Source: a candidate division FCPU426 bacterium
Lineage (GTDB): Bacteria; Oederibacteriota; Muellerivitia; Muellerivitales; Muellerivitaceae
Assembly: GCA_963830915.1 (NCBI GenBank)
Contig: CAWHOE010000035.1
Span: forward strand, 1 to 64,000
Length of the DNA: 64,000 bases
Direction: 5' to 3'
The notes under the pieces were generated by a model. It made no database searches, was not told the origin of the DNA, and saw only the letters and a program-made list of their open reading frames with translations. The position numbers and the translations under genes are program-made. Below are positions 21,746 to 35,300 of this stretch, one piece after another; within the stretch, counting starts at the first letter, position 1, and each line of letters opens with the position of its first letter.

Positions 21746-22042
21746 TTAAGCCCCTTCAAAAAATTCAATCTTTTGACCAGGTTTCAAGGTAACAATTGCC
21801 TTTTTCCAACGATAGGCTTTCGATTGATGACGACCAAATCTGCGGATTTTAGCCGGTACGTTCGTTGTATTTACTTTCAACACTTCCACTTTTTCCTTCT
21901 TAAAAACCTTCTCGACCGCTTCTTTGATCTCTTTTTTTGTAGCGTTCGGATTCACTTCAAATGAATACTTACCTTTTTCTTTCAGCAAAGTGCTCCTCTC
22001 GGTCACAAGAGGTCGAATAATTATTTCTTGTATTTTTTTCAC
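21746..22042 (-). CDS. rplW: 50S ribosomal protein uL23
   Basis: [24 protein letters not shown]. Confidence 0.96.
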   Translation of the reverse strand: MKKIQEIIIRPLVTERSTLLKEKGKYSFEVNPNATKKEIKEAVEKVFKKEKVEVLKVNTTNVPAKIRRFGRHQSKAYRWKKAIVTLKPGQKIEFFEGA

Positions 22043-22704
22043 TTGACCCCACCTTTAACTATTTCCGACACGGCGAACGTCTCGCCCGTTTCAACCATTT
22101 TTTTTAATGTCTCCTGGGTCAAAACAACCACCTCGTGATTCATCACTTCGAATGTATTCAAATTGTTTTGAAACAATACTGTTGTCTTGGAGATATTCCT
22201 GAAACTTTTAAATGTAGATTTGTCAAAATGATCCAAAACAATCAAGGATTTCTTCCCTTCAATCCCTATACTTTTCAAGAATGAAATAGCTTGCTTGGTT
22301 TTAGGCGATTCAAACTTCAATTTTTCAACAATCAAGATATTACCCTGCAAAGCTTTATCCGATAAGGATTCTGCTAAAGCTTGTTTTCTCATTTTTTTAG
22401 GTAATTCCAGTGAATAATCCCTTGGTTTGGGACCATGCGCAATACCACCCCCAACGAATTGAACCGCACGAGAGGAACCTTGCCGGGCACTTCCCGTTCC
22501 TTTTTGTTTAAAAGGTTTTTTTCCTCCACCAGACACTTCCCCTTTGCGTTTAGTCTTTACCGTACCTAAACGCTGGTTAGAAAGATGTGTTGTGATCCCA
22601 CGCCACAAATGATGGGTTCTGGGTTTTAAACCGAACAAGCCTTCGGGAAGATCGACTTGCCCTGTGGATTGTCCATTCAAATTGTAAACATTTGCTTTAG
22701 GCAT
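22039..22704 (-). CDS. rplD: 50S ribosomal protein uL4
   Basis: [27 protein letters not shown]. Confidence 0.96.
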   Translation of the reverse strand: MPKANVYNLNGQSTGQVDLPEGLFGLKPRTHHLWRGITTHLSNQRLGTVKTKRKGEVSGGGKKPFKQKGTGSARQGSSRAVQFVGGGIAHGPKPRDYSLELPKKMRKQALAESLSDKALQGNILIVEKLKFESPKTKQAISFLKSIGIEGKKSLIVLDHFDKSTFKSFRNISKTTVLFQNNLNTFEVMNHEVVVLTQETLKKMVETGETFAVSEIVKGGVK

Positions 22705-22715
22705 ATAAAATCACC

Positions 22716-23366
22716 TTACTTTTTTTTAACGCTGGGCCGAACCGTGACGATTTCACCATCAGCTCCAGGAACCGCGCCCTTGACGAATAACAAATTATTT
22801 TCAGAATCTACTTTAACAACCTTTAAATTCATTACAGTGTTTTGCGTAGTACCCATATGCCCCGGCATCCTTGTCCCGGGATAAACACGGGAAGGATCTG
22901 AGGAAGCGCCAATACCACCCGGCGCACGATGGAACATGCTTCCATGGGAATTGCGACCACCCCTAAATCCATGACGACGGACAACCCCCTGAAACCCCTT
23001 ACCTTTGGTTACTCCAGTAACATCCACCCAAGAAACGTTCTTATAATTTTCAACCGTCAATGTTTGTCCCACTTGAAAAGAGTCAGCATCCTCTACTTTC
23101 ACTTCTTTGAGTACCTTTTTGGGTGTTGCGCCAGATTTTTTGAAATGGCCTTGAAGGGACTTAGTTGTATGTTTTTCCTTTTTCTCCCCAAACCCTATTT
23201 GAAGAGCCGTGTAACCTTCCTTATCCGCAGTCTTCTTTTGGATAATCACACAAGGACCCACCTCAAGGATAGTGACATGGGTAGCTTTCCCACTTTCCTC
23301 AAAATAGGTTGTTTGCCCGATTTTTTTACCGATTAATGTTTGCACGCTTTCGCTCATTCCATTCAC
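22716..23366 (-). CDS. rplC: 50S ribosomal protein uL3
   Basis: KGKGFQGVVRRHGF, HGS, MPGHMG, VKGAVPG. Confidence 0.97.
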   Translation of the reverse strand: MNGMSESVQTLIGKKIGQTTYFEESGKATHVTILEVGPCVIIQKKTADKEGYTALQIGFGEKKEKHTTKSLQGHFKKSGATPKKVLKEVKVEDADSFQVGQTLTVENYKNVSWVDVTGVTKGKGFQGVVRRHGFRGGRNSHGSMFHRAPGGIGASSDPSRVYPGTRMPGHMGTTQNTVMNLKVVKVDSENNLLFVKGAVPGADGEIVTVRPSVKKK

Positions 23367-23368
23367 CT

Positions 23369-23686
23369 TTACAACTTAATCTCGACATCCACTCCAGCCG
23401 GTAGATCTAACTTCATTAGGGCGTCGATAGTCCGTTGATTTGGATTCACAATATCCACAAGTCTTTTATGCGTTCTGATCTCAAACTGTTCGCGTGATTT
23501 CTTATCAACATGAGGGCTTCGCAACACGGTATAACGATTAATCTCCGTAGGTAGCGGTACAGGGCCAAGAACTATCGCCCCAGTTCGACGTACCGTCTCT
23601 ATGATTTCAACCGTTGACCGATCCAGAAGCCGATGGTCGTAAGCTTTTAACTTAATCCTAATTTTCTGACTAGTGGCGGTGGCCAT
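23369..23686 (-). CDS. rpsJ: 30S ribosomal protein uS10
   Basis: [23 protein letters not shown]. Confidence 0.98.
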   Translation of the reverse strand: MATATSQKIRIKLKAYDHRLLDRSTVEIIETVRRTGAIVLGPVPLPTEINRYTVLRSPHVDKKSREQFEIRTHKRLVDIVNPNQRTIDALMKLDLPAGVDVEIKL

Positions 23687-23713
23687 TCTATCCTCGCCTT
23701 TTCTTTAAATTCG

Positions 23714-24904
23714 TTATTCGACTATCTGTGTGACGACGCCAGCGCCCACCGTGTGGCCGCCTTCCCGGATGGCGAATCTCAATTCCTTCTCCATCGCCAC
23801 CGGCACGATCAACTCGATATCCATCGTGATGTTGTCCCCGGGCATGCACATCTCCACTCCGTCCGGCAACTTCACCGATCCCGTTACGTCCGTCGTACGG
23901 AAGAAGAACTGCGGCTTGTATCCGTTGAAGAACGGCGTGTGCCGTCCTCCCTCTTCTTTCGTCAACACGTACACCTCTCCCTTGAACTTCTTGTGCGGTG
24001 TGATCGACTTGGGCTTCGCCAATACCTGCCCGCGCTCGATGTCTTTCTTCTCAACACCCCGCAACAGGGCTCCGATGTTGTCCCCCGCCTGCGCGTCATC
24101 CAGCAGTTTCCGGAACATTTCCACGCCCGTCACCACCGTCTCTCGCGTCGGCTTGATCCCGACGATCTCCACCGTGTCTCCCACCTTCACCTTGCCACGT
24201 TCCACACGGCCTGTCGCCACCGTACCGCGGCCCGTGATCAGGAATACGTCCTCCACCGCCATCAAGAAGTCTTTATCCACATCTCGCTTTGGATCGGGTA
24301 TATAGCTGTCCACCGCTTCCATCAACTGCAGGATGGCCTTCTCTCCCAAATCTCCCGTATCCCCATCCAACGCCTTCGTGGCCGAACCCTTCACCACCGG
24401 CGTCTTGTCACCTGGGAAGCCGTACTTGGTCAGCAGATCCCTTACCTCGACCTCGACCAATTCCAGCAATTCCGCGTCATCCACCATGTCACACTTGTTC
24501 AGGAACACCACGATGAAAGGAACACCGACTTGACGGGCCAACAGGATATGCTCCCGGGTCTGGGGCATCGGTCCATCCGCCGCCGAGACCACCAGGATCG
24601 CTCCGTCCATCTGGGCCGCTCCCGTGACCATGTTCTTGATATAGTCCGCGTGGCCTGGGCAGTCCACGTGCGCGTAATGACGCTTTTCCGTCTGGTACTC
24701 CACGTGTGACGTATTGATCGTCACACCACGCTCCCTCTCTTCCGGGGCGTTGTCGATATCCGCGTATCCCTTCGCTGTCGCCAATCCCTTCTTCGACAGC
24801 ACTGTCGTGATCGCCGCCGTCAGCGTCGTCTTGCCGTGGTCCACGTGTCCGATCGTTCCGATATTCACGTGCATCTTGGATCTTACGAATTTTTCTTTAG
24901 ACAT
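23714..24904 (-). CDS. tuf: Elongation factor Tu
   Basis: [29 protein letters not shown] 24904 (GTG 24910 alternative). Confidence 0.99.
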   Translation of the reverse strand: MSKEKFVRSKMHVNIGTIGHVDHGKTTLTAAITTVLSKKGLATAKGYADIDNAPEERERGVTINTSHVEYQTEKRHYAHVDCPGHADYIKNMVTGAAQMDGAILVVSAADGPMPQTREHILLARQVGVPFIVVFLNKCDMVDDAELLELVEVEVRDLLTKYGFPGDKTPVVKGSATKALDGDTGDLGEKAILQLMEAVDSYIPDPKRDVDKDFLMAVEDVFLITGRGTVATGRVERGKVKVGDTVEIVGIKPTRETVVTGVEMFRKLLDDAQAGDNIGALLRGVEKKDIERGQVLAKPKSITPHKKFKGEVYVLTKEEGGRHTPFFNGYKPQFFFRTTDVTGSVKLPDGVEMCMPGDNITMDIELIVPVAMEKELRFAIREGGHTVGAGVVTQIVE

Positions 24905-24947
24905 AGACACGCCTCCTCTGACACCCCGTTAAGGGTGTTTGTTTTTA

Positions 24948-27029
24948 TCAACCTTTGACTTTTGCGATAATTTCCTGCTGAATCGACTTAGGTGTCTCCT
25001 CGTAATGGGCAAATTGCATCGTGTATGTGGCCCTGCCCTGGGTCATGGAACGTAAATTGGTGGAATAACCAAACATCTCGGAAAGTGGAACTTTAGACCG
25101 TATGATTTGGGCCGTTCCTCTCAACTCCATCCCCTCGATCTTTCCTCGTTTGGATTGAAGATCACCCATAACCGGACCCATGAAATCTTCCGGAGTGACT
25201 ACTTCCACATCCATAACAGGTTCTAGAATAATGGGTTCGGCTTTTCGCATGGCGTCTTTAAATGCCATCGAAGCGGCTATTTTGAATGCCATCTCATTGG
25301 AGTCCACATCATGGTAAGAGCCATCTGTTAGTGTGACTTTAAAGTCAACCACAGGATATCCAGCCAAAACACCTGAATCCTTGGCTTCAAGGATCCCTTT
25401 TTCGACAGCCGGGATATATTCACGAGGAACCGTTCCGCCTTTAATGGCGTCAACAAACTCAATACCTTTACCAGGCGCCTGCGGTTCCATTGTTATGTAA
25501 ACATGCCCATATTGGCCACGACCACCTGTTTGGCGGATGTATTTACCTTCGGCCTCCACACTTTTTCTAATTGTCTCACGATATGCCACTTGTGGTTTTC
25601 CGACATTTGCTTGGACATTGAATTCCCGCATCATTCGATCAACGATGATCTCCAGATGCAATTCACCCATCCCCGAAATGATCGTTTGCCCCGTTTCCTC
25701 ATCACCCTTAACCCGGAAAGAAGGGTCTTCTTCAGCAAGTTTGCTCAATGCTAGACCCATTTTCTCTTGATCAGCCTTAGTTTTCGGCTCGATAGCAACG
25801 GATATAACCGGTTCAGGGAAAACCATTCTTTCAAGAATGATTGCCTTTTCCTCAAAACACAAAGTGTCACCCGTTGTAATGGTTTTGATACCAACGGTTG
25901 CGGCGATATCTCCAGCATGCACTTCCTTGATCTCTTCTCTTTTGTTTGCGTGCATTTGTAATAGACGGCCAATACGTTCCCGATTCCCTTTAGTGGAGTT
26001 ATAAACATAAGACCCAACTGAAAGGGTTCCAGAATAAACTCGGAAATAAACCAATTTCCCTACATGGGGATCTGTCATGATTTTAAAAGCCAAAGCCGAG
26101 AAAGGAGCATCATCACTAGCCAAACGGGTTTCTTCCTCATTAGTATCAGCATTGTGACCTTTTACAGGAGGAATATCGATTGGAGAGGGCAAGTAATTGA
26201 TGACCGCGTCCAACAAAGGCTGAACACCCTTATTCTTGAAAGCTGAACCGCAAAACACAGGGTTGAATTTATTCGCGATAGTCCCTTTTCGTATGCAACT
26301 TTGCAGTTCTTCTGTGGTGATCTCTTTTCCATCCAAATATTTCTGCATGACCACATCATCAAACTCAGCTACCGCTTCTACCAATTCCTTATGATAGGTA
26401 TTGGCCATTTCCTTCATCTCAGCCGGAATTTCTTCGATTTCGAATTTCGCTCCCAAAGAATCATCAAGCCAACGATACCTTTTCATTTCAACCAAATGAA
26501 TAATTCCGTCGAATTTTTCTTCCGCCCCAACAGGTAAAGTCACAGGATGGGCATTAGCATTCAATCGTTTCCGCATCTGGTCGATAGCGGCGAAATAATC
26601 AGCCCCAACACGATCCATTTTGTTCACGAAAGCGATACGCGGAACCCCGTAATTGGTCGCCTGACGCCAGACCGTCTCAGATTGTGGCTCAACACCTTCC
26701 ACAGCGCCGAAAACACCAATAGCGCCATCCAATACTCGAAGAGACCGTTCAACTTCAATCGTAAAATCAACGTGGCCAGGGGTATCGATGATATTGATCC
26801 TGTGATTTTTCCAAAAACAGGTCGTGGCCGCAGAAGTAATAGTTATCCCACGTTCTTGTTCTTGCGGCATCCAATCCATTGTGGCTGTACCATCGTGGAC
26901 TTCGCCGATCTTATGAGTCCGTCCGGTATAATAAAGGATACGCTCAGTAAGCGTGGTTTTACCGGCATCAATATGGGCCATGATGCCAATGTTACGGGTC
27001 TTTCCAAGTGGTATTGAACGTGTTGACAA
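24948..27029 (-). CDS. fusA: Elongation factor G
   Basis: [33 protein letters not shown]. Confidence 0.99.
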   Translation of the reverse strand: MSTRSIPLGKTRNIGIMAHIDAGKTTLTERILYYTGRTHKIGEVHDGTATMDWMPQEQERGITITSAATTCFWKNHRINIIDTPGHVDFTIEVERSLRVLDGAIGVFGAVEGVEPQSETVWRQATNYGVPRIAFVNKMDRVGADYFAAIDQMRKRLNANAHPVTLPVGAEEKFDGIIHLVEMKRYRWLDDSLGAKFEIEEIPAEMKEMANTYHKELVEAVAEFDDVVMQKYLDGKEITTEELQSCIRKGTIANKFNPVFCGSAFKNKGVQPLLDAVINYLPSPIDIPPVKGHNADTNEEETRLASDDAPFSALAFKIMTDPHVGKLVYFRVYSGTLSVGSYVYNSTKGNRERIGRLLQMHANKREEIKEVHAGDIAATVGIKTITTGDTLCFEEKAIILERMVFPEPVISVAIEPKTKADQEKMGLALSKLAEEDPSFRVKGDEETGQTIISGMGELHLEIIVDRMMREFNVQANVGKPQVAYRETIRKSVEAEGKYIRQTGGRGQYGHVYITMEPQAPGKGIEFVDAIKGGTVPREYIPAVEKGILEAKDSGVLAGYPVVDFKVTLTDGSYHDVDSNEMAFKIAASMAFKDAMRKAEPIILEPVMDVEVVTPEDFMGPVMGDLQSKRGKIEGMELRGTAQIIRSKVPLSEMFGYSTNLRSMTQGRATYTMQFAHYEETPKSIQQEIIAKVKG

Positions 27030-27043
27030 TTTAAATCCCTCAA

Positions 27044-27514
27044 TTACCAGCGGTAGTGGGCGAAAGCCTGGTTGGCTTCAGCCATCTTATGAGTATCTTC
27101 TTTTTTCTTAATCGAAGTGCCTTGGTTTTTAAAAGCATCAGTGAATTCAGCCGCTAATTTTTCAGCAACAGTCTTTTCTTTCCTAGCCCTAGCCGCGGTT
27201 AAGATCCAACGAATAGCCAAAGACGTTCTACGTTCTGGGCGGATTTCAACCGGCACTTGGTATGTCGCTCCACCTACTCGTCGGGATTTCACTTCGAGCA
27301 TCGGCTTGACGTTTTCGATCGCCGTTTTAAATACATTCAAAGCGCCTTCGCCGTGTTTTTCCCCCAACAAATCCATCGCGTCATAAAAACTTCTAGTAGC
27401 CACCATCTTTTGACCATGGTACATCATTGAATTGATGAACTTGGTGACCAGTTTGTTATTGTATCGAGAGTCTGAATCAACCTCTCTCCTGGCAGCGACT
27501 TTTCGACGTGGCAT
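27044..27514 (-). CDS. rpsG: 30S ribosomal protein uS7
   Basis: [25 protein letters not shown]. Confidence 0.98.
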   Translation of the reverse strand: MPRRKVAARREVDSDSRYNNKLVTKFINSMMYHGQKMVATRSFYDAMDLLGEKHGEGALNVFKTAIENVKPMLEVKSRRVGGATYQVPVEIRPERRTSLAIRWILTAARARKEKTVAEKLAAEFTDAFKNQGTSIKKKEDTHKMAEANQAFAHYRW

Positions 27515-27526
27515 AAATAATTCTCC

Positions 27527-27919
27527 TTAAGCTTTTGCGGGTGCTTCTTTTTTAGGTCTTTTCATCCCATATTTAGAACGTCCTTGCTTGCGATCCGCCA
27601 CTCCTGCCGCATCCAAAGCCCCACGAATAATGTGATATCGAACACCGGGTAAATCTTTTACACGTCCACCCCTGATCAAAACGATTGAGTGTTCCTGAAG
27701 ATTGTGGCCAACTCCCGGAATGTAACAAGTCACTTCCATCCCGTTCGTTAATCGCACACGAGCTATTTTCCTCAATGCCGAGTTGGGTTTTTTAGGGGTC
27801 ATCGTAGCGACCTTAACGCACACCCCGCGTTTTTGGGGACAGGCCTTTAGAGCCGGCGATTTAGTTTTATGTTTGCTTTTTTCTCGTCCCAAACGGACCA
27901 GTTGATTTAACGTCGGCAA
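27527..27919 (-). CDS. rpsL: 30S ribosomal protein uS12
   Basis: [23 protein letters not shown]; true start TTG 27919 ([16 protein letters not shown]), ORF track over-extends. Confidence 0.98.
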   Translation of the reverse strand: MPTLNQLVRLGREKSKHKTKSPALKACPQKRGVCVKVATMTPKKPNSALRKIARVRLTNGMEVTCYIPGVGHNLQEHSIVLIRGGRVKDLPGVRYHIIRGALDAAGVADRKQGRSKYGMKRPKKEAPAKA

Positions 27920-27942
27920 ATCTTTCCTCCAAGTAACTCCAT

Positions 27943-27982
27943 AAAATAAAAAAGGCAAAGACAGTGAGCTCCGCCTTTGCCT
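27943..27982 (-). terminator. Intrinsic terminator/attenuator-like hairpin just upstream of rpsL
   Basis: Minus strand AGGCAAAGGC-loop-GTCTTTGCCT followed by TTTTTATTTT. Confidence 0.6.
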
Positions 27983-28150
27983 AATGAATATTCCCAGGCC
28001 ATACCCCAGGTTTATTTCCCGGGGGGAAACATCATGCAAAGCCCTCCTCTTGCTCACCATTTTGAGAGAAACGTTTTTGTTCCTCTCAAAAAGGAGGTTA
28101 TTCTCTTCTTATTCCCAGATCAAACGCGGAGGGGTAGGCTAGCAAAACCC

Positions 28151-31100
28151 CTAGGCTTGGTCAAGGCTTTTTTTGTCCGATAAACCTTCCTCGTTCTTAA
28201 ACTCACCCTCTTCAATATTCTCGACAGATGGAGGTAAAGTTGCTATTCCGGCAGGAAGTTCCTCATCCGGTTCGTCCACCTTTATTTTGATGCCTTTATA
28301 AAAGGAACTTCCAGTTCCCGCTGGAATTAGATGTCCCATAATCACGTTTTCCTTGAGGCCCCGGAGATCGTCAATCTTCCCCGAAACTGCCGCCTCTGTT
28401 AAAACCTTGGTTGTTTCTTGGAAACTGGCCGCTGAAATGAAACTTTCAGTTCCCAAAGAAGCCTTAGTTATACCAAGCAAAATAGGACGGGCCGTGGCAG
28501 GTTTGGTTTCCTTTTCTTGGACTCTTTCGTTTTCTTTCTTGAATTTACCCTTGTCGACCTGTTGTTTGGGTAAAAACTCCGTGTCACCCGGCTCCTGAAC
28601 GACAACCTTCCTCATCATTTGCCGGACAATAACCTCAATGTGTTTATCGTTGATTTTAACGCCCTGAAGCCTATAAACCTCTTGAACCTTGCTCAGGAGA
28701 TACTCTTGAACAGCCGCTTCACCTTGAACTTCTAGAATATCGTGTGGATCCACAGGACCGTCGGTCAAGGCATCCCCAGCTCGGACAAAATCACCCTCAT
28801 GCACATTCAGGTGTTTTCCGTAAGGAATGGCATACTCTTCCTCGATGGTCTTTTTCCCCTCGGAATTAGCTATGAGAACGCGTTGGTAACCCTTCGAGGC
28901 TATCCCAAAACTGACCGTACCGCTAATTTTCGCAATAACCGCGTTACTTTTGGGTCGACGCGCTTCAAAAAGTTCAGCGACACGGGGCAGACCGCCTGTG
29001 ATATCCCTGGTCTTTGAAATTTCCCGAGGGATCTTCGCCAGGATATCGCCCGCCATGACTTTATCCCCATCCATAACATTGATCAGAGAGCCGGTTGGCA
29101 AGCGGTAACTCTTAAGCGCTTCTCCCGTTTCGGGATTCATGATCAAACAACGAGGTGATAGATTCTCATCCTTATATTCAATCACGGCTCTTTCTTTCAA
29201 GCCGGTAGAGGAGTCGATTTCCTCGCGAACAGTAACGCCACGAATGACGTCTTGAAGTTTCACAACACCGCTAACTTCCGTGAAAATCGGTACTTTGTAT
29301 AAATCCCAATGGGCCAACAATTGATTCTCTTTAACCGAGCCATCTTCACGAACTTTCAGTGTGGAACCAAAAGGAACCACAAAATTTTCCATGGTCCTAC
29401 CCTTATCGTCATACACTGATATTTCACCATTACGGTTCAAGACGATGAACTCTTTGTTCCTGTTTTCCACAAGTTTCAGATTATGGAAGCGGACCTTACC
29501 ATTCTTATGCGCCTCGATCTTGGACTGTTCCAGGGCACGGCTAGCGGCGCCGCCGACATGGAATGTTCTGAGCGTCAGCTGAGTACCAGGTTCACCGATG
29601 GACTGAGCCGCAATAATTCCGACCGATTCACCAATTTGAACCAATTTCCCGTTGGCCAGATTAAGTCCATAACACTTTCCACAAACTCCACGTTCAAGTT
29701 CGCAAGTCAAAACGGAGCGAACCCTGATTTGCTCGATTCCGGCTTCTTCCAATTTGTCAGCGATTTCTTCGGTGATAACCTGGCCTGATTTAACAATGAC
29801 TTCGGAAGTAAGCAGATTCGCGACATTATCCACAGCCATACGACCAGTTATCCGATCTTTCAAAGGCTCGATGATTTCGATTCCTTCTTTGATCGCGCCA
29901 ACACGGATCCCGTTAACCGTTCCACAATCCTCAGCGTTTATAATGACTTCTTGTGCCACATCCACCAAACGACGGGTAAGATAACCAGCATCAGCGGTCT
30001 TTAACGCGGTATCAGCCAAACCCTTACGGGCGCCATGTGTTGAAATGAAATACTCCAAGACCGTAAGTCCCTCACGGAAATTGGCAGTAATTGGCGACTC
30101 AATGATTTCACCTATGGATCCAGTGATCTTTTGTAGAGGCTTGGCCATTAAACCACGCATACCAGCCAATTGACGTATTTGCATCTTAGAACCACGGGCT
30201 CCGGAATCTGCCATCATAAAGATGGGGTTGAAACCTACGCTATCCCTCTTCAAGTTCTCGAACATGACTTCGGCGATCTCATCCGTGGTATGAGTCCAGA
30301 TATCTATAACTTTGTTGTATCTTTCCCCCGCCGTAATGATCCCTTTTTTGTATTGGTTCTCAATTTCCGCCACTTCCTTATAGGATCTCTTGAGAATCTC
30401 CGGTTTATCCTTAGGGATTTTCATATCGTCGATGGAAACCGTGATACCTGCCGTTGTCGCGTATTTGAACCCAACTTCCTTGATATCATCCAAAAGTTTG
30501 ACGGTCTGTTCTTGACCCAACTTTTCATAACAAAGGGCTACCAAATCTCCCAGCTCTTTCTTGTTCATGACCCGATTAACATAGGGAAGTCCCGAAGGTA
30601 TGACTTGATTGAACAAAACACGACCCACGGTTGTTTCTTGCATTTTTCCGTTACGCCGAACCTTGATTTTGGAATGCTTACCGACTTTCTTTTCTTCGAA
30701 AGCGATAATCACTTCTTCTGGTGATGAAAATACTCTTCCCTCTCCCTTATCCCCGGGCTTTTCCTTGGTCAAATAATAACAACCCAAAACTATATCTTGG
30801 GTTGGAGTGACAATAGGTCTTCCGTTGGAGGTTGAGTTTATATTATTCGTTGAAAGCATCAAGAACCGGGCTTCCATTTGCGCCTCACTAGATAGAGGAA
30901 CATGGACAGCCATTTGATCGCCGTCAAAATCCGCATTGAAGGCTGTACAAACCAGAGGATGGATCTGAATAGCGCGACCTTCGATCAAAACGGGTTGGAA
31001 TGCCTGGATACCCTGACGATGCAAGGTTGGAGCTCGATTGAGAAGTACATGATGATCTCGAATGACCTCGGCCAGGATGTCCCATACCTCTGGCTTGACC

Positions 31101-32386
31101 CGCTCGACCATCTTTCTGGCGCTTTTGATCGTGTGAACATAACCTCTATCTTCTAGTTTCTTGATGATGAAAGGTTTGAATAATTCCAAAGCCATTTTTT
31201 TTGGTAGGCCGCATTGATGCATTTTCAATTCAGGTCCCACAACGATGACGGATCGACCTGAATAGTCAACGCGTTTACCCAGCAAATTCTGACGGAAACG
31301 ACCCTGTTTGCCCTTCAGCATATCGGAAAGAGACTTCAAAGGACGATTTCCAGGTCCCCTGACCGCATGACCCCTTCTTCCATTATCCAATAGGGCATCC
31401 ACAGCTTCTTGCAACATGCGTTTTTCATTCCGAACGATGACTTCAGGGGCATGGAGCTCCAAAAGTTTTTTCAGACGGTTATTTCGGTTGATCACCCGAC
31501 GATACAAATCATTCAAATCGGAAGTCGCAAAACGCCCCCCATCCAAAGGAACCAGCGGACGCAACTCAGGCGGTATGACAGGGAGGACTTCCAAGAACAT
31601 CCACTCGGGTTTGTTATCACTCTTTCTGAAACTCTCGATGACTTTGAGGCGCTTGATTATCGTTTTGCGCTTTTGCTCGCTTGTGGTTTGCTTCATTTGA
31701 ACACGAAGCTTCTTGTCCAAGTCATCCAAATCAACTGAACGTATTAGGTCCCTGATAGCTTCTGCACCCATCTTCACTTTTAAAGATGAGCCGTATTCCA
31801 GTTTCAATTTTTGAAAATCATCCTCGGACAATAATTGTCCTACTTCAACAGGCGCCTTGCCCGGGTCTATAACCACATAGGACTCGTAATAGATCACCCT
31901 TTCTAAATTCCGCGTGGACATCTCCAAAAGGTAACCCATGCGGGACGGTACACCTTTCAAATACCAAATGTGCGAAACCAAACAGGCTAATTCAATATGG
32001 CCCATCCGCTCTCTTCGCACCTTGGCTTGAGTGACCTCCACACCGCACCGGTCACAGATAACATCTTTATACTTTATCCTCTTATACTTGCCGCAAGCAC
32101 ATTCCCAATCTTTCGTGGGCCCGAATATTTTCTCGCAAAATAGACCATTTTTTTCTGGCTTAAATGTCCTGTAATTAATCGTTTCGGGTTTTTTCACTTC
32201 ACCATGCGACCATGAGCGAATGGTCTCAGGTGAAGATAACCCTATCTTGATCGCGTCAAAATGAGGCGTTTCCCGAAGCAGGTTTTCTAAAACTGGCTTT
32301 TTATCGGAAATCACTGGTATTTCCGGAACAACAGCATTGATCGCTTCATTATTGCTTTCAGGGGTGGTTGATTTGACTTGATTCAA
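28151..32386 (-). CDS. rpoC: RNA polymerase beta' subunit
   Basis: NADFDGD, Zn finger CACG...[20 protein letters not shown] start with AGGAGG. Confidence 0.99.
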   Translation of the reverse strand: MNQVKSTTPESNNEAINAVVPEIPVISDKKPVLENLLRETPHFDAIKIGLSSPETIRSWSHGEVKKPETINYRTFKPEKNGLFCEKIFGPTKDWECACGKYKRIKYKDVICDRCGVEVTQAKVRRERMGHIELACLVSHIWYLKGVPSRMGYLLEMSTRNLERVIYYESYVVIDPGKAPVEVGQLLSEDDFQKLKLEYGSSLKVKMGAEAIRDLIRSVDLDDLDKKLRVQMKQTTSEQKRKTIIKRLKVIESFRKSDNKPEWMFLEVLPVIPPELRPLVPLDGGRFATSDLNDLYRRVINRNNRLKKLLELHAPEVIVRNEKRMLQEAVDALLDNGRRGHAVRGPGNRPLKSLSDMLKGKQGRFRQNLLGKRVDYSGRSVIVVGPELKMHQCGLPKKMALELFKPFIIKKLEDRGYVHTIKSARKMVERVKPEVWDILAEVIRDHHVLLNRAPTLHRQGIQAFQPVLIEGRAIQIHPLVCTAFNADFDGDQMAVHVPLSSEAQMEARFLMLSTNNINSTSNGRPIVTPTQDIVLGCYYLTKEKPGDKGEGRVFSSPEEVIIAFEEKKVGKHSKIKVRRNGKMQETTVGRVLFNQVIPSGLPYVNRVMNKKELGDLVALCYEKLGQEQTVKLLDDIKEVGFKYATTAGITVSIDDMKIPKDKPEILKRSYKEVAEIENQYKKGIITAGERYNKVIDIWTHTTDEIAEVMFENLKRDSVGFNPIFMMADSGARGSKMQIRQLAGMRGLMAKPLQKITGSIGEIIESPITANFREGLTVLEYFISTHGARKGLADTALKTADAGYLTRRLVDVAQEVIINAEDCGTVNGIRVGAIKEGIEIIEPLKDRITGRMAVDNVANLLTSEVIVKSGQVITEEIADKLEEAGIEQIRVRSVLTCELERGVCGKCYGLNLANGKLVQIGESVGIIAAQSIGEPGTQLTLRTFHVGGAASRALEQSKIEAHKNGKVRFHNLKLVENRNKEFIVLNRNGEISVYDDKGRTMENFVVPFGSTLKVREDGSVKENQLLAHWDLYKVPIFTEVSGVVKLQDVIRGVTVREEIDSSTGLKERAVIEYKDENLSPRCLIMNPETGEALKSYRLPTGSLINVMDGDKVMAGDILAKIPREISKTRDITGGLPRVAELFEARRPKSNAVIAKISGTVSFGIASKGYQRVLIANSEGKKTIEEEYAIPYGKHLNVHEGDFVRAGDALTDGPVDPHDILEVQGEAAVQEYLLSKVQEVYRLQGVKINDKHIEVIVRQMMRKVVVQEPGDTEFLPKQQVDKGKFKKENERVQEKETKPATARPILLGITKASLGTESFISAASFQETTKVLTEAAVSGKIDDLRGLKENVIMGHLIPAGTGSSFYKGIKIKVDEPDEELPAGIATLPPSVENIEEGEFKNEEGLSDKKSLDQA

Positions 32387-32398
32387 AATGCCCCCTCC

Positions 32399-35300
32399 TT
32401 AATTAGAATTCTTCATGAGTTTCACATCCAAACAAAGCCCTTGAAGTTCCTTCACCAAAACGTTGAAGGATTCGGGAACCCCCGGCTCGGGAGAATTCTT
32501 CCCTTTCACGATCGCCTCATAAACCTTCGTCCGGCCTTGCACATCGTCCGATTTAACCGTCAAAAGCTCCTGCAAGGTATAAGCCGCTCCATAGGCCTCT
32601 AGAGCCCAAACTTCCATTTCACCAAAACGTTGACCTCCAAATTGAGCTTTGCCGCCCAACGGCTGCTGTGTGATCAAGGAATAGGGCCCAATGGAACGAG
32701 CGTGGATCTTGTCATCAACCAAGTGAGCCAGTTTAAGGATATAGATATATCCCACGGTCACTTCTTGATCGAAAGACTCTCCCGTCATCCCGTCATATAG
32801 CGTGATCTTTCCCGATTCTGGCAAACCTTGTTCAGCAAGAGCTTCTTTAATTTCATCTTCCTTCGCGCCGTCGAAAACGGGGGAAGCCACGTGATACCCA
32901 CCCTCAAAAGCAGCCCATCCCAAGTGGGTTTCCAATATTTGTCCCACGTTCATACGCGAAGGAACGCCCAGAGGATTCAAGATGATATCGACCGGCCTTC
33001 CGTCGGGTAGATAAGGCATGTCTTCCACTGGAACAATCTTGGAAACGACGCCCTTGTTGCCATGACGTCCCGCCATCTTATCGCCAACAGACAATTTACG
33101 TTTTTTTGCCACATAAACTTTTACCAATTTAATGACGCCCGGAGGAAGCTCATCGCCCTTTTTGACTTTCTCTATCTCGTTATTTTTCTCTCGCTCAATT
33201 TCCCGGACGCGGCTCTCCAAAACCTCTTTCAAACGCTTGCTTTCTTCTTCGAAAGCCTCATCCAGGGAAGCCTTTTCAGATTTGTTCAAATCCTTGGCTT
33301 TTTCTTCCGTTTGAGCTCTTAGCGAAGCAATTCGGTTTTCATTTTCTTTTTCCAACTGCTTGATTTTATGGATCGAATCTTTTTCTATGGATTTCAAAAG
33401 CGCAGCGTCTCGCCCTTTGATTTTCTCGTCTTTTTCCTTACGTTTGAAAACCTTGACGTCAATGACTTTTCCCTCAACTCCCGGCGGCACCCTCAAAGAG
33501 GCGTCGCGGACATCACCAGCTTTTTCCCCAAAAATGGCTCTTAAAAGTTTTTCCTCTGGTGTCAGTTCCGTTTCGCCCTTTGGAGTAACTTTGCCGACCA
33601 TGATATCCCCTGGAACTACCTCGGCTCCGACCCGGATAATGCCATCCTCATCTAAATCTTTTAGGGCCTCATCTCCGACATTGGGTATATCCCTGGTTAT
33701 TTCTTCTTTTCCTAATTTCGTATCACGAGCCTCAAGCTCAAATTCCTCAATATGAACCGAGGTGAAATAATCCTCTCGAACCAATTTTTCAGAAACGATA
33801 ATAGCGTCCTCAAAGTTGAAACCCCTCCAAGGCATGAACGCCACGAGAAGATTTCTTCCTAACGCCAACTCTCCTTGATCCGTTGAGGGACCATCGGCGA
33901 TCACATCCCCCTTTTTCACCTTCTCGCCTTTTTTGACAATGGGGCGTTGGTTTATGCAAGTATCTTGATTGGATCTTTTGTATTTGGTCAATTTATAGAT
34001 ATCAACGGATCCTGTTGCGTCCATTTCATCCGCAAAAATGATGATCTCATCGGATGAAACTCCGGCAATCACGCCATCCCTTTTAGCAATCAATAATACG
34101 CCTGAATCATAGGCGGCTTTGTACTCCATACCAGTTCCTACGAATGGGGCCTCTGTTCGGATAAGAGGAACAGCTTGTCGTTGCATATTCGAACCCATCA
34201 AAGCGCGGTTAGCATCGTCATGTTCCAGGAATGGGATCAAGGAGGTGGCCACAGAGAAAAGCTGACGAGGAGAAACATCCATATAATGGATATCATTCGG
34301 CGCCACTAACGGAAAGTCATCCTTATAACGAGCCGCAATAATATCGGAATTGAACTTGTTACTTTCATCCAAAGGCGTATTAGCCTGGGCAATAACGAAT
34401 TTATCCGCATCGTCCGCCGGCAAGAATTCGATCTTTTTACCCACACGACCACTTTCGACCTTACGTAATGGTGTGGTCACAAAGCCGTATTCGTTGATCT
34501 GCGCATACGTTGATAAGGACGCGATCAAACCAATGTTCGGACCTTCCGGTGTCTCGATCGGACATACCCGGCCGTAATGAGTGTGATGAACGTCCCGGAC
34601 CTCAAAGCCAGCCCTTTCCCGATTTAAACCACCAGGCCCTAGAGCCGACAAACGCCTTTTGTGGGTCAACTCAGCAAGCGGATTGGTTTGGTCCATGAAT
34701 TGAGACAGCTGGGAAGTACCAAAGAATTCCTTGACTGCCGCGGTTATCGGTTTGGTCGAAATTAATTGACTGGGCATCGGATTCATGTCCATATCAACTA
34801 TCGACATACGCTCCCGTACGGCTCTTTCCATGCGGGTAAAACCAAGACGCAATTTGTTTTCCAATAATTCACCAGCCGTGCGAACACGCCTGTTGCCCAA
34901 ATGATCGATATCGTCTTTATCGCCGTTACCATTACAGAGATTGAACAAATAGCGGATTATGCAGACGAGATCTTCTTTTGAAATGGTTCGCTGATCAAGC
35001 GCTGTCTTGAGCGACAGCTTTTTGTTCATCTTGTAACGTCCCACTTTCGCCAAATCATACCGTTTTTTATTAAAGAACAGATTGTCCATCAGGTTTTTAG
35101 CATTCTCGAGGGTTGGCGGATCCCCAGGACGCATTTTTTTATAGATTTCAACCGACGCCGTTTCGGTCGAATGGGTATTGTCTTTACGTAACGTGTTAAG
35201 AATAGAAACATCGTTTGGATTCGACGGAACAGCTTTGACTTGTTTCACGCCTTGTTTCTTCAGAACAGCGACCACTTCCGGAGTGAAATCAGCTCCTGCT

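Noticed and set aside
23730..24709. Long plus-strand ORFs opposite tuf
   Set aside because: Antisense shadows caused by strong G/C third-position bias; no recognisable protein features
27920..28060. N-terminal extensions given by the ORF track (rpsL here; also rpoB, rplF, rplN, rpsQ, rplE, rpoA, PhoH2)
   Set aside because: Downstream starts match conserved N-termini and mostly have clear SD sequences; extensions are first-start artefacts
34500..34730. Rifampicin-resistance substitutions in rpoB
   Set aside because: Cluster I/II sequence ([24 protein letters not shown]) looks like the sensitive consensus
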